Source: Octopus vulgaris (lineage: Eukaryota). From it: 64,000 bases of DNA. The position numbers and the translations under genes are program-made. Positions 50,278-63,079 of the stretch are shown piece by piece. Under the pieces are notes generated by a model. That model worked only from the letters and a program-made list of their open reading frames with translations. It was not told the DNA's origin and did not search any database. The stretch is taken from NCBI GenBank assembly GCA_951406725.2, contig OX597819.1, positions 124,062,001-124,126,000 of the forward strand, given 5' to 3'. Each line of letters opens with the position of its first letter. Position 1 is the first letter of the stretch.

Positions 50278-50612
50278 TCATCATCATCGTTTAACGTCCG
50301 CTTTCCATGCTAGTATGGGTTGGACGGTTCGACTGGGGTCTGGAAGCCATGGAGGCTGCACCAGGCTCCAGTCTGATCTGGCAGTGTTTCTACAGCTGGA
50401 TGCCCTTCCTAATGCCAACCACTCCATGAGTGTAGTGGGTATTTTTTACGTACCATCAGCACAAGGGCCACAGCAGGCTGGCAAATGGCCATGATCGGTT
50501 GGTGCTTTTACACCGACACAGATGCCAGTCAGGCGGCGCTGGCATCTGCCACGTTCGGACGGTGCTTTTTACGTGTCACTGGCACGGGTGTCTTAACTAC
50601 AATTTCCATTTG
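50278..50612 (-). mobile_element. Family A repeat
   Basis: (CAT)n start, family A block and tandem units. Confidence 0.9.
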
Positions 50613-51156
50613 AATTTTTAGGGTTAAAATATTTTCATGGGGAGGCCATCTGTAACTCCAAGGGTGAAAAAGGGGCGTTTAGCCAAAATGGGTTGAGAAC
50701 CTTTGATCTAGGTGACTGAGAACAAATGTTGTCCACAGGAGTGGCACTATATTCTTTTCCTTGTTCTGAATGATTTCAGAATCCAACCAACCACCTGCCT
50801 GCACAGTGTTGCCATGTTAGTAATATGCACTTGGAATGATGCAACATTACTCCTGTAGATTCTCTCTTTGCACACCAACTCTGACTATGTGAACCAATAG
50901 TAGAGTGCAAGGAATTTCTCACCATTGAACTGCATGCTATTTTCACCATGCCACTTGTATATTGCATTCAGATCTTTCTGAAGTTTTAGGGTATCATCAG
51001 GGTCCTTCACTATTTGAAATACTTTTGTATCATCAACATGGCCTGTATGATTGAGAGCATGTCTAAGGGAGACGCCACAAACAGTAGTGGTCCCAATACA
51101 GTTCTCTGAAGGGATTGTAGTGATGTCTCCTCAGAGAGAGGACAAGTGATTTCTGT

Positions 51157-51462
51157 GGAGGCATATGGCCTAGTGGTTAGAGCAGCAGACTCACAGTCAA
51201 GGGATTGTGGGTTTGAATCTCAGGCCGGGCGATGTGTGTGTTTATGAGCGAAACACCTAAGCTCCACGTGGCTCCGGCAGAAGGTAATGGTGAACTTCTG
51301 CTGACTCTTTTGCCACAACTTTCTCTCACTCTTTCCTCCTGCATCTTGCAGCTCACCTGTGGCGGACCGGCATCCCGTCCAGGTGGGGAACCTATACGCC
51401 AAGGAAACCGGGAAACCGGCCCTTATGAGCCAGGCATTGCTCAACAAGGAACAAACAACAAA
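51157..51462 (+). mobile_element. SINE family D-related head with body type 3 and (AAC)n tail
   Basis: GGAGGCATATGGCCTAGTGGTTAGAG..GGGTTTGAATCTCAGGCCGGGCG..AAACACCTAAGCTCCACG, then a distinct 3' half GCATCCCGTCCAGG..GGAAACCGGGAAACCGG. Confidence 0.88.
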
Positions 51463-51582
51463 TGATGTCTCCTCAGAGAGAGGACAAGTGGTGTCTCCTC
51501 AGAGAGAGGACAAGTGGTGTCTCCTAAAAGGGAGAACAAGTGATTTCTTCTCAGAGAGAGGACAAGTGATGTCTCCTCAGAA
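51463..51582. repeat. 26-bp minisatellite (~4.5 units, plus one unit at 51120-51155)
   Basis: Unit GTGATGTCTCCTCAGAGAGAGGACAA. Confidence 0.9.
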
Positions 51583-52249
51583 GGAGCACCATTGGCTGTG
51601 GCTGTCTAACTTCTACTTTTTAAAATGTCTTCTAGACAATCCCCTAGTTTTCTGGCAACACCAAGATCACAGTTTGTGATATATGATCTTATGATCAACT
51701 TTGTTAAAGACCTTGACAAAGTTGAGAGTATATCAAATCTACATTTGAGTGATTAAGCTGGTGTTCAGTACCCAGTGGAAATTCTATTGCAACTGTATGA
51801 AACAGCTCCTCCCTGGACAAAACCCAAGTTGTGTGTTGGTGAGCAAGCTATTTTCTTCTTGGAACATGATCAGTTTCTTTCTGACAAAGTGTTCCATGAC
51901 ATTACTAACATGCGAGGCCAGAGAGAGAGAGATAGGCTGGTAATTTTGAGCATCTTCTCCGTTTCTGTCTTTATGCACAAAGCATGTTGTACATTCTTTT
52001 AGCATTTTGGGAAGTTTTCCACATGCAAGGAAATTCTGGAAACTTTTAAGCTAATTTGCTTCGGGATCTGTTTTTCAATTGATTTCCAGTCAGCCTTGTG
52101 GAAGTTCAGACTGAATAAAGTGTTATCTGTTTGGGGTGCTATATGTGTGGAATAGCTCTTAAATTAGTTTGGGACCATACTATTATATTATATAATGATC
52201 AGAGACAATTGTCAGCAATACCTTCACACTGTATTAATACATTTGTCTA

Positions 52250-52445
52250 GTATTATTTCTACTCTAGCACAAGGCCCAAAATTTTGGGGGAGGAGGCCAG
52301 TCAATTAGATTGATCCCAGTACACAACTGGTACTTAATTTATCGACCCCAAAAGGATGAAAGACAAAGTCGACCTCAGCTGAATTTGAACTCAGAATGTA
52401 AAGTCAGGCTAAGCGTTTCACCTGGAGTGCTAACATTTCTGCCTA
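52250..52445 (-). mobile_element. SINE family C variant with a different 3' end
   Basis: Family C core with CTCTAGCACAAGGCCCAAAATTTTGGGG end. CTAGTATTAT flanks both sides. Confidence 0.8.
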
Positions 52446-52785
52446 GTATTATGTCACCCATCATAAGTAAATTAATACATTTATCATTGGAAGGTTTTAT
52501 TTAAAGCTAGCATCATGACTTGAGGTATTAGATGGATGATATGTACATATTGCTTTAAATGTACAATGGGTGTGTCACTGACCAAGTTTGAATGTGACAA
52601 CAGGGTGAAGGTTGTAACATCTTCACAAAAATACATCAGAACTCGACCAAGACTTCTTTCTCTTGTTTGTAGAGAACTCAGCATACATTTGTATGTGTAT
52701 CTCCATTTATGTCTGAAGATAGATATGCCTCTAGAAGTTCTTGCTATGCATAGTGGTTGATAGCCTGCAAACAGATCCCTTAGAT

Positions 52786-53004
52786 CAGTGCTTTTCAAAC
52801 TTTTTGCTGGAGCGGAACCCCAAGAAAACATTTCACTGGCTCGAGGAACCCCTGTGCAATGATTTAATAGTCTTATGCACATATATCTGCACAGGAGAAT
52901 TAAAAATTACTGTCGATTTTAGCATTTTTGTAACTTCTTGCGGAACCCCTGGACTGCACTGGCAGAACCCTAAGGTTCCGCGGAACCCTTGTTGAAAACC
53001 ACTG
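52786..53004. mobile_element. hAT Charlie-type MITE
   Basis: TIRs CAGTGCTTTTCAA / TTGAAAACCACTG and perfect 8-bp TSD CCTTAGAT. Confidence 0.93.
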
Positions 53005-53534
53005 CCTTAGATACTTAATTTTACCTTTGCAGTTGAGTTATAAGAGGCCTCTGATATTTAACAGTAAAACTGGCATGATTTTTGACTTCCTGGCAATGGT
53101 GACTATCCCGAGTCTATTGTTTGTGGTGGTCTTAATGTGTGGGTGTGCATGGCCTAGTTTCATTAACCACGACAGCTGTTACGCTATCTTTTATACCACT
53201 CACAAAAAAAATTTGTTGAACAGCTGCAGATTGCACTGCAGTTGCGTAACATTTTTTGGTGATCTTTACTACAGATGTATTGTGAATTATGGGCTTCTTT
53301 GAGTATGCTTTTGCTCTACCTTGTTGGTTGAGTGGGGAGTGGTTAATATCTTGAGTTGCACTTTTCTTGAGCTTTGAATGTGCAAAATGGCAATTTGGCC
53401 CCATCTCTCCATCCCACCAGACACCTCTAGTGTAAGAACTTGCAGGTGATTCATGTTTCATGTACTATTTTCCTGTTACTTTACATCCATTTTTCCATGC
53501 TAGCATGAGTTAGATGAATATATTATTGAGGTAT

Positions 53535-53766
53535 AGGTGGCAAGCTGGCAGACATGTTAGCGCGCCGGGCGAAATGCTTAGCGGTATTTCGTCTGTCGTT
53601 ACGTTCTGAGTTCAAATTCCGCCAAGGTCGACTTTGCCTTTCATCCTTTCGGAGTCTATAAATAAAGTACCAGTTACGCACTGGGGTCGATGTAATCAAC
53701 ATAATCCCGTTGTCTATTCTTGTTTGTCCCCTCTATGTTTAGCCCCTTGTGGGCAATAAAGAAATA
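53535..53766 (+). mobile_element. SINE family C
   Basis: Head GGTGGCAAGCTGGCAGA through AATAAAGAAATA. TATTATTG(A/G)GGTAT flanks both sides. Confidence 0.9.
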
Positions 53767-54204
53767 TATATTATTGGGGTATTATTTTACAGCCAGAAGC
53801 TTTTCCTGTCAATAACACCCACACATCTTCAAAGGTGCAAAAGGTAAGAAAAAAACTCATTGACAGGGGAACTGAAAGCAACATTACCACCCAAAGCTGA
53901 GTGATTTTCAGAGAAGTGCTAAAGACAAACACAGACATACACACACATGTGTGCATGTATACATATGCAGACACAACAGGCTGCTTTCAGCTTCTCTTTG
54001 CCAAATCACTTACAAGGGGTTGATCAGGCCATGGCTGCAGTAGAAGACAATTCCCTATGATGCCTTGCAGAGAACCAAAAAAAATGTTGATTTGCTTCCA
54101 GAAACAGAAACAGTTCCCCATTCATAGTTTTATTTCATTTCAGTTTTGTAAAATAATATGGAGGAAGTTATACTGAAATAAGAATTAATATAATCCAAAA
54201 TTAA

Positions 54205-54976
54205 TCTGTAGTAAAGTGGTTGGCATAAGAAAGGGCCATAAAGCTGTAGAAACCATGCCAAAATTAACACTGGAGCTTATTACGGCTCTGAGGCTTGCTA
54301 GATCCTGTAAAAGCATCCAATCCATGCCAGCTTGGAAAACAAGTCGGATGATGATGAGGATGAAGAATCTGACTACACAACATACAGCAATGGTTCTTAA
54401 ATGTCCATGGCTACATAATTTAAGCAAACCAAAAGGTATGTTATATTTAAAAGCCACTCTGTCAATGATCACGAGTGTGATCATTGACAGAGCGGCTAAC
54501 CAGCTTCCATGCCAGTGGCACTTAAAGGGCACCATTCGAGCGTGATCGTTACCAGCGTCAGCATCGCCTTACTGGCACTTGTGCCTGTGCTAGTAGGGTG
54601 CCAAGAGCACCATCCGTGCGTGATCGTTGCCAGAGCAGCCAACTGGATCCGTGCCAGTGGCACATAAAAGGGCACCATTCGAGCGTGATCGTTACCAACA
54701 TCGCCTTACTGGCACCTGTGCTGGTGACATGTATAAAAAGATTCGAGCGAGGTTGTTGCCAGTACCGCCTGACCAGCTCTGTGCCGATGGCACGTAAAAA
54801 GCCCCCACTACACTCTTGGAGTGGTTGGCGTTAGTTAGGAAGGGCATCCAGCAGTAGAAACTCTGCCAAATCAAGATTGGAGCCTGGTGCAGCCATCTGG
54901 TTTGCCAGCCCTCAGTCAAAATCATCCAACCCATGCTAGCATGAAAAGTGGACGTTAAACAATGATGATGATGATG
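54205..54976 (+). mobile_element. Two tandem family A copies (old 54205-54362; young VNTR-rich 54460-54976)
   Basis: Two family A 3' blocks with GATGAT tails and multiple GTGATCGTT units. Confidence 0.88.
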
Positions 54977-55269
54977 AATTATACAACTATAAGAGTCTTA
55001 AAGGAATGTTCTTTATTCCTTAACTTGCAAACATTGGTTTTCTTTCTAACTTTGAGACAACTGTCAAAAGTTTTTGATATCATGCACAAAAAATATAAAT
55101 AATTTTAACAGGAATCTACAAATCAAATGTTTTAAATATTGCTAAAATTGATTTTTTTAAATTTCTATTTGCATTCTGCCATAAAAATATAATTAACTTT
55201 GATATTTGATGAATCATGTTCTAATGAGTGTATTTTAAAGGTCCTTGTGAAGACATGTTGGGGCAAGCG

Positions 55270-55634
55270 AAATCGAAATCGAATTGAACCAGCCAGGATC
55301 CCTGGTCTGGTGGTACGTAAAAAGCACTATCCGACTCGTGGCCGATGCCAGCACCGCCTTGACTGGCTTCCATGCCGGTGGCACATAAAATACACCAATC
55401 CTACCGTGGCCGTTGCCAGCCTCGCCTGGCACCTGTGCAGGTGGCACGTAAAAAGCACCCACTACACTCACGGAGTGGTTGGCATTAGGAAGGGCATCCA
55501 GCTGTAGAAACATTGCCAGATTAGACTGGAGCCTGGTGCAGCCTTCTGGCTTCCCAGAACCCGGTTGAACCGTCCAACCCATGCTAGCATGGAGAACGGA
55601 CGTTAAACGATGATGATGATGATGATGATGATGA
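55270..55634 (+). mobile_element. Family A repeat
   Basis: Tandem units, family A block and (GAT)n tail. Confidence 0.9.
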
Positions 55635-55789
55635 CTTTCTAGCAAGCCGTGTCCACATTTGAGAATAAAATTACCATTGCAAATATCTACCACTCTTATA
55701 AATCTGAGTGCCTATTTAGAACAAAAATATTTTCAATAAAAAAGAAAGGTCAATTTATGTAAATTATATCTGAAAGAAAACTTACTTAT

Positions 55790-56150
55790 ATCATCATCAT
55801 CGTTTAATGTCCGTTTTCCATGCTAGCATGGGTAGGACGATTTTGACTGAGGGCTGGCGAACCAGATGGCTGCACCAGGCTCCAATCTTGATCTGACAGA
55901 GTTTCTACAGCTGGATGCCCTTCCTAACGCCAACCACTCCGAGAGTGTAGTGGGTGCTTTTTACATGCCACCGGCACAGGGGCCAGTCAGGTGGTACTGG
56001 CAACGACCTCGCTCAAATCTTTTTACACGTGCCACCGGCACAGGTGCCAGTGAAGCGATGTTGGTAACGATCACACTCAAATGGTGCCCTTTTACATGCC
56101 ACGTGTACGGAAGCCAGTTGGCTGCTCTGGCAACGATCACGCCCAGATTG
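55790..56150 (-). mobile_element. Family A repeat, inverted relative to the 55270 copy
   Basis: (CAT)n start and family A block. Confidence 0.9.
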
Positions 56151-56384
56151 GCACCCTACAAGCACATGCACAAGTGCCAAAACAAAAAATGAATAAATTA
56201 TACTTTTGTATATTTAGAGTATAACCCAAGAGATTTTAGTTGTAAAAATCCCAAATATATTTTCAATATACTTGGGCAAACTGACAATCAACTAATTAGA
56301 GCTAATTAACTGAAGAGAAACCAAACTGAAAAATACAGTTTGCCTATGTGTGTTGATATGCATTATCAGTTGAGCTTGCACTTA

Positions 56385-56782
56385 CTTGTTTACTTGTTTC
56401 AGTCATTTGACTGTGGCCATGCTGCAGCACCGCCTTTAGTCAAGTGAATCAACCCCAAGGGCTTATTCTTTGTAAGCCTAGTACTTATTCTATCGGTCTC
56501 TTTTGCCGAACCGCTAAGTTATGGGGACGTAAACACACCAGCATTGGTTGTCAAGCAATGTTAGGGAAACAAACACAGACACACAAACATATACACACAC
56601 ACACATATACATATATACGACGGGCTTCTTTCAGTTTCCGTCTACCAAATCCACTCACAAGGCATTGGTCGGCCTGAGGCTATAGTAGAAGACACTTGCC
56701 CAAGGTGCCACGCAGTGGGACTGAACCCAGAACCATGTGGTCGGTAAACAAGCTACTTACCACACAGCCACTCCTGCGCCTA
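56385..56782 (-). mobile_element. SINE family B, full length
   Basis: Reverse complement of 12320-12712. Confidence 0.9.
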
Positions 56783-57077
56783 TATATATTTTTATAGTTT
56801 CATCAATTACCACACAGCCACTCCTTGCACTGATTGTAAAGACACCAGAATTACAAGGGCACAACCCAATCATCTCACTAAGACATTCTTTAAAAAGAAA
56901 AAAAAGAAAGAAATTCTGATCCAAATCCTACAAACATTTTTAAGTACCCCCATCACACAAACACTATTTTACATTCATTTTTCCATTCTGACATTAGTTA
57001 ACTGGGTCTTGTCCCTCATTGCAGTCTGTGTCATCTCACAAACACAGTAACAGGGAGAACAGAGATGAGATCAACTC

Positions 57078-57460
57078 TCATCATCATCATTTAACGTCTG
57101 CTTTCCATGCTAGCACGGGTTGGACGGTTCGACTGGGGTCTAGGAAGCCAGGAGGCTGCACCAAGCTCCAATCTTGATTTGGCAGAGTTTCTACAGCTGG
57201 ATGCCCTTCCTAATGCCAACCACTCCGTGAGTGTAGTGGGTGCTTTTTACGTACCACCGGCACAGGGGCCAGGGGAGGTTGGCAGCGGCCACGATCAGTT
57301 GGTGCTTTTTATGTGCCACCGGTACGGAAGCCAGTCGGGGCGGCACTGGCAAGGGCCATGTTCGGATGGTTCGTTTATGTGCCACCGGCACTAGTATCAC
57401 AACTGCAATTTCCATTGACTTTTGATCGATTTCAATTTCACTTGCCTCAACAGGTCTTTG
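57078..57460 (-). mobile_element. Family A repeat
   Basis: (CAT)n start, family A block and tandem units. Confidence 0.9.
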
Positions 57461-57920
57461 CAAAGTTTTACAGAGTTGATTGCGAGCATTTTACCGTGCC
57501 ACTGGCACTAGAGAGACTGTTCCATACATTCGTAAAATACATTCATCTCTCAGTTTCACCAGATTGACTAAAAGGAGATAAAGCAAATTGAGAATATTAA
57601 GACAGGTTAGCTTTATGATCAAAACTAAACAGAACTTTCTAAAACTTTCTCCAATTTATTATTAGCCACAGCTGCCGCCAGCTGTAAAAAGCTGAGATGT
57701 TTCTTCATATTCAGAATATGTTTTATTTATGCACATGCACACACATATGGGAACATGTTTCAAACTTGTAAACAGCATTTAATAGGTTTTTGGCTCAAGG
57801 AATGACCTACAAATTTAAAGAAAATAAACTTAACCTCGTGTGTAATAAAAAAAAAAGCCTTTCTATCTGTTAATCTAACTTTAAAAAAAAGGGAAATTGA
57901 TGAAATTATAAAAATATATA

Positions 57921-58080
57921 TAGGCGCAGGAGTGGCTGTGTGGTAAGCAGCTTGTTTACCGACCACATGGTTCCAGGTTCAGTCCCACTGCGTGGCACCT
58001 TGGGCAAGTGTCTTCTACTATAGCCTCGAGCCGACCAAAGCCTTGTGAGTGGATTTGGTAGACGTAAACTGAAAGAAGCC

Positions 58081-58116
<36 letters not shown>

Positions 58117-58193
58117 ATAAAACGGTAAGATAACAAAAGAAAGAAAGAGACCTCAATATTATGTAAATAGAGGAAATTTATCTATACAATATG

Positions 58194-58237
<44 letters not shown>

Positions 58238-58440
58238 GTGTATGTGTGTCTGTGTTTGTCCCCCTAGCATTGCTTGACAACCGATGCTAGTGTGTTTATG
58301 TCCCCGTTACTTAGCAGTTCGGCAAAAGACACCGATAGAATAAGTACTGGGCTTACAAAAGAATAAGTCCCTGGGTTGAGTTGCTCGATTAAAGGCGGTG
58401 CTCTAGCATGGCCACAGTCAAATGACTGAAACAAGAGAAA
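57921..58440 (+). mobile_element. SINE family B with a foreign ~80-bp insert in its (TA)n
   Basis: Head and tail as in 12320. Insert at 58113-58195 flanked by (TA)n. Confidence 0.9.
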
Positions 58441-58930
58441 GAGATATATTTTTTAAAAAACCAGTTTGATACAGTTCCCCTTCTTCAATGGAAGTAGTTT
58501 CTACCTTAGCTGCTGCAAAACACCTGGGAAATTGCTTTCAGTTTATATCCAAGATGATCATCATAACAGTATGCTAAAAAGTGGGGGAAAAAAACACACA
58601 AAGTAATTGCCATTTTAATAATGCCTCTTTTCCAAGTCCCAGAAGGAATGAGAGTGGGTAAGCTACTACTTTACATACCGGATCATAGGACATGACTTAA
58701 TAACCAGTCAGTAAATGGATTGTTTCACTGCTTCTCTTGGGTAAGACGACTACACTTGCTGTAAGTTTTACCTAGCAGGAAAATAAGCACCAGGGAAAGT
58801 TACTTCTAATAACAAACTGGGTGTGGGGGCATTCTTGAAATGGCTGTACAGGTCTTGGAGGTATTAGACTACTTTTCATAAATTTCAATTCCACTGCAGA
58901 TGTTTCAGTGTGTGTTGTGTGGTATTAGAA

Positions 58931-59161
58931 GGCGGCGAGCTGGCAGAAACGTTAGCACACCAGGCGAAATGCTAGCAGTATTTCATCTGCCGCTACGTTC
59001 TGAGTTCAAATTCCGCTGAGGTCGACTTTGCCTTTCATCCTTTCGGGGGTCGATTAAATAAGTACCAGTTACACACTGGGGTCGATGTAATCAACTTAAT
59101 CCATTTGTCTGTCTTTGTTTGTCCTCTCTGTGTTTAGCCCCTTCTGGGTAGTAAAGAAATA
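58931..59161 (+). mobile_element. SINE family C, full length
   Basis: GGCGGCGAGCTGGCAGAAACGTTAG head and TSD GGTATTAGAA. Confidence 0.92.
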
Positions 59162-59518
59162 GGTATTAGAAGCGCCACACTTAATTCTACACATGACAAT
59201 TCATTTAGAAGTACGAAGGCGGTACCAAATAGTTTATGTTAATACATCTAACAGACCAGTCTTCTATTCAAGTTTTGGCACAGTCTAGCAAGTTCAGAGA
59301 AAGGGATAAATTTATTACACTGACCCCAGTACTCAACTGGTACTTATTTTATCTACCCCCAAAATGCTGGAAACAAAGTTGACCTCAGCAGAACTTGAAC
59401 TCAAAATGTAAAGATGGATGAAATGCTGCTAAGGGTTTTGCCCAGTGTGCTAACGATTCTGCCCGCTTGCCATCCTGCATTCACTAATTGTTAAGAAACC
59501 AGAACTAAGTATCAGACC

Positions 59519-59746
59519 TTAACCCTTTAGTGTTCAGATTACTCTGTTAAATGTAATACTTATTCACTCAAATTGTTTTGAATTAATCATGCATTATCTT
59601 ATAGCTTTGAGGTTTCAATGATGTGATTGCTCATTTTTAGAATGTCAATGTAGGTTAGGTGTGAGAGGCTATATATCGCCAGTTTGAATATAAAACATAC
59701 AGAATATTTGGGCCGGATATGGCCAGTTTAAACACTAAAGTGTTAA
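59519..59746 (-). mobile_element. MITE family M1
   Basis: TTAA ends and M1 sequence. Confidence 0.87.
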
Positions 59747-59934
59747 AGCCCTTAAGGATTAAGATACATTTACAATGAAGCCTTATGATTTGTGACAGCC
59801 TGTTGTGATGACAACAAAGAAAACCAAGAGTGTATTCATCAAACTGCATTACAAAAAACAAAATAGTAAAATTAAGGGCTATAAAAATAAGCCATAAAGA
59901 GTGCTTTTCCGTTCAAAACAGTAACCAACAATAC

Positions 59935-60162
59935 TTAACCCTTTAGCATTCAGATTATTCTGTCAAATGTAAAGCTTATGTATTCACACCATGTAAAATT
60001 AATCTTGCATCATTTCATGGCTTTGAGATTTCAATGATGTGATTGTTTATTTTTAAAATGACACAATAAGATAGCTATGAATGACCATATCTGACTAGTT
60101 TGAACATAAAATAGGTAGAATATCTTGGCCGGATAGGGCCGGTTTAAACACTAAAGGGTTAA
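59935..60162 (-). mobile_element. MITE family M1
   Basis: TTAACCCTTTAG ... CTAAAGGGTTAA. Confidence 0.88.
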
Positions 60163-61821
60163 AGAAATACACGTATGAGGTACAATATCTATTGTAAGGC
60201 TATAAACTCATAAAACTGACTTCAGATTAGACTGCAACAAATTGAGGAGGAAATACAGGTTAAAAAGAGGATAGTGTTTCATAAAGAAAGTAATGACACA
60301 TCAACTAAATATTTTAAGTTGCACATACAAATTATAAGAAAAGCAATTTAAATAACACAGAATGTGTACTGATCTCAGCACACATTTGCATAATTTAAAG
60401 AACAGACACATATTTCAAAATTCAAAACACAACTAGCAGAAAGACCACCTCCAAGCAGTTTTCTGCTAGCCCCTTGATATTTTCACATTTGATTCCCATT
60501 TCTAATAATTTTTATATTTCACATCTAATTATTTCTTGTATAATAGGGCTCACTTTCTTAGTAAATATTGCTTTCATTATTTTATTACAGTCATAATCCC
60601 TCTTTTTTTAAACAAACATCATGGTAGTCCAACAACAGAGGGAGAAGCAGTTTGTCAAGTTTTACCTTCCCCTTAAAGCAACATAGAGATTTCAAGGACA
60701 AAGTAAAGTTACTACCTGCTTTTATAGCAAGTTAATGCTGGTAGTTTATCTTGTCCTACCTCCAACTTTTAGCTCATGCAATTGAAAAAAACCACATTAT
60801 TTATGGGATGACCCAATATATAGTTACTGATATTCTATCAAACTCTTCCAAAATTATGATTAAACTGAAAATTAATTGCGCCATATAAGAAGTTAGAAAA
60901 GGGTTCATTTTAATACTAAATCATTTCGACTAAGTTCTCAGAAACTTTCCTCAAGTCATTTTTATACTAACATCTTATAATTACTAAGATTCACAAAATA
61001 GATAGAGGATCCAGCAGAAAAACTTCCAACTTTTGTCTTATTTTGATGTATATTAGCTTGTGAAGTCAGGCTGTGGTTAATAGTATCTTCATGAAACATT
61101 TTCCCTCTCAGTTACTCTCATGGTTTGGGCTGATGCAAACCATACATTTGCTGTTGAAACATATGTCAACCTTTAACATGAGGGAAGATGTTTTTAAATT
61201 TATTTCTTTGCCACACCCTGTAATATATTACAATTGTTTTCTTGTAATGCTGTGTTTTCTTTTAATAATACATTAAAAGTAAAAAAATACTTTCATCAAA
61301 AACAATATAAGTTTATGTTGATATGGCAGGAAATTAAGAAAGGAATGTGGGTGGGGGTCGTACACATACATAGTACAAGTATATATGTTAAATATGAAGG
61401 AAGGAATTATTATGAAGTTTTACCAAATTTTGACACTCATAATTTACTGCCATTAGTATACTTATTTAATGCAGAAAAATTCAAGTCAACAGCCATTTAA
61501 TAAAGTTCACGCCTGTACTTTTTATTAAGTCAACCAGTCAAAATGCAGGAACATGACATGTCCCATAAAGTCATCTTCATGTTAGATCTGCTTTTGATGC
61601 TGGCATGGGTTCAGCAGTCCATCACAGCTGTATTCAGTACTACTACTACTACTACTACTACTACTACAACTACTCACCTAGACGAAGTTAGAGAACTTCA
61701 TCTCACTCATGCTTCAGTTTTGGATTGGTTTCTACAACTGGATCCCCTTCGTAACACCAATCACTTTACAGAATTTACTGAGAATGTTTTTCATGATACC
61801 AGCAGCAGAGATGTAGTCATA

Positions 61822-62220
61822 CCTAATTTTTTACTACCCACAAGGGCTACACACAGAGGGAACAAACAAGGATTAAGTCAATTACATCGACCCCAGTGCG
61901 TAACTGGTACTTATTTAATCGACCCTGAAAGGATGAAGGGCAAAGTCGACCTCGGCGGAATTTGAACTTAGAACGTAATGGCCGAAGAAATACCTATTTC
62001 TTTACTACCCACAAGGGGCTAAACACAGAGGGGACAAACAAGGACAGACAAACAGATTAAGTCGATTATATCGACCCCAGAGCGTAACTGGTACTTATTT
62101 AATCGACCCTGAAAGGATGAAAGGCAAAGTCGACCTCGGCGGAATTTGAACTCAGAACGTAACAGCAGATGAAATACGGCTACGCATTTCGCCCAGCATG
62201 CTAACGATTCTGCCAGCTCG
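61822..62220 (-). mobile_element. SINE family C dimer
   Basis: Same GAAATACCTATTTCTTTACTACCCAC junction as 36245 and 44776. Confidence 0.9.
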
Positions 62221-62674
62221 CAGAGAAGTAGCCATACCCTCAATATAAATAACCCTTGCAATCCCAGATCTCTGCTTGCTCACCAACTCAGGGTAAGAAG
62301 CATGAGTGATAGAAACTCTTTATGTTCCCTACATATGAGAAAACTCAAAATATTAGTCTATAGCACATTATAGATTCCTACCTAGGAATGCATCGCACAC
62401 ACACACACACAATCCAATAACCATTGAACAGTTATGTATTAACAGCTTTGAGCTCTTTATTCTAAAGTGGCTTGGCTATGTTCCAATGAATTTGTCACTT
62501 GCAAGAATATATTCTTTGTTGTAAAATGGTTGGTTGCAGTAAGGTTATCTAGCTATAAAAATCATGCCAAAGAAAAAGGTAGGTGGGATGGACAAATTGC
62601 GGAGTCCATGGGCTATACCTCAGACAAAGGTAGGGTGACTCTTTAGCCCTATTCCAGGCAAACACCTCTAATAC

Positions 62675-62895
62675 CTATTTCTTTATTACCCACAAGGGGC
62701 TAAACACAGAGAGGACAAAGACAGACAAACGGATTAAGTTGATTACATCGACCCCAGTGCGTAACTGGTACTTATTTAATCAACCCCGAAAGGATGAAAG
62801 GCAAAGTCGACCTTGGCGGAATTTGAACTCAGAATGTAGCAGCAGACAAAATACCGCTAAACATTTTGCCCGGCGTGCTAACGATTCTGCCAGCT
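62675..62895 (-). mobile_element. SINE family C
   Basis: Flanking duplication CACCTCTAATACC. Confidence 0.9.
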
Positions 62896-63079
62896 CACCT
62901 CTAATACCAAAGCATGCAATCTCTGTTGAGAGACCTATCGAACTCATTCCAATGGTAGAAAAAAGAAAACACATAATAGTGATGGTCATGTATTTGTTGT
63001 ATATGTAAGGCAAACAGAATTACATAACAAACCTAAAGGTTTCAAGTAGAATTGAACCTGTGCATGTGTTATTATCGGC

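Larger units (their letters stand above)
50710..53460 (-). mobile_element. Decayed CR1-like LINE (RT and upstream region) with nested insertions
   Basis: NYQPISL..SHVSNVME, QLGFCPGRSCFIQL, TVLGPLL, VDDTKVF. Interrupted by SINE D, SINE C and a hAT MITE. The upstream boundary is uncertain. Confidence 0.75.
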
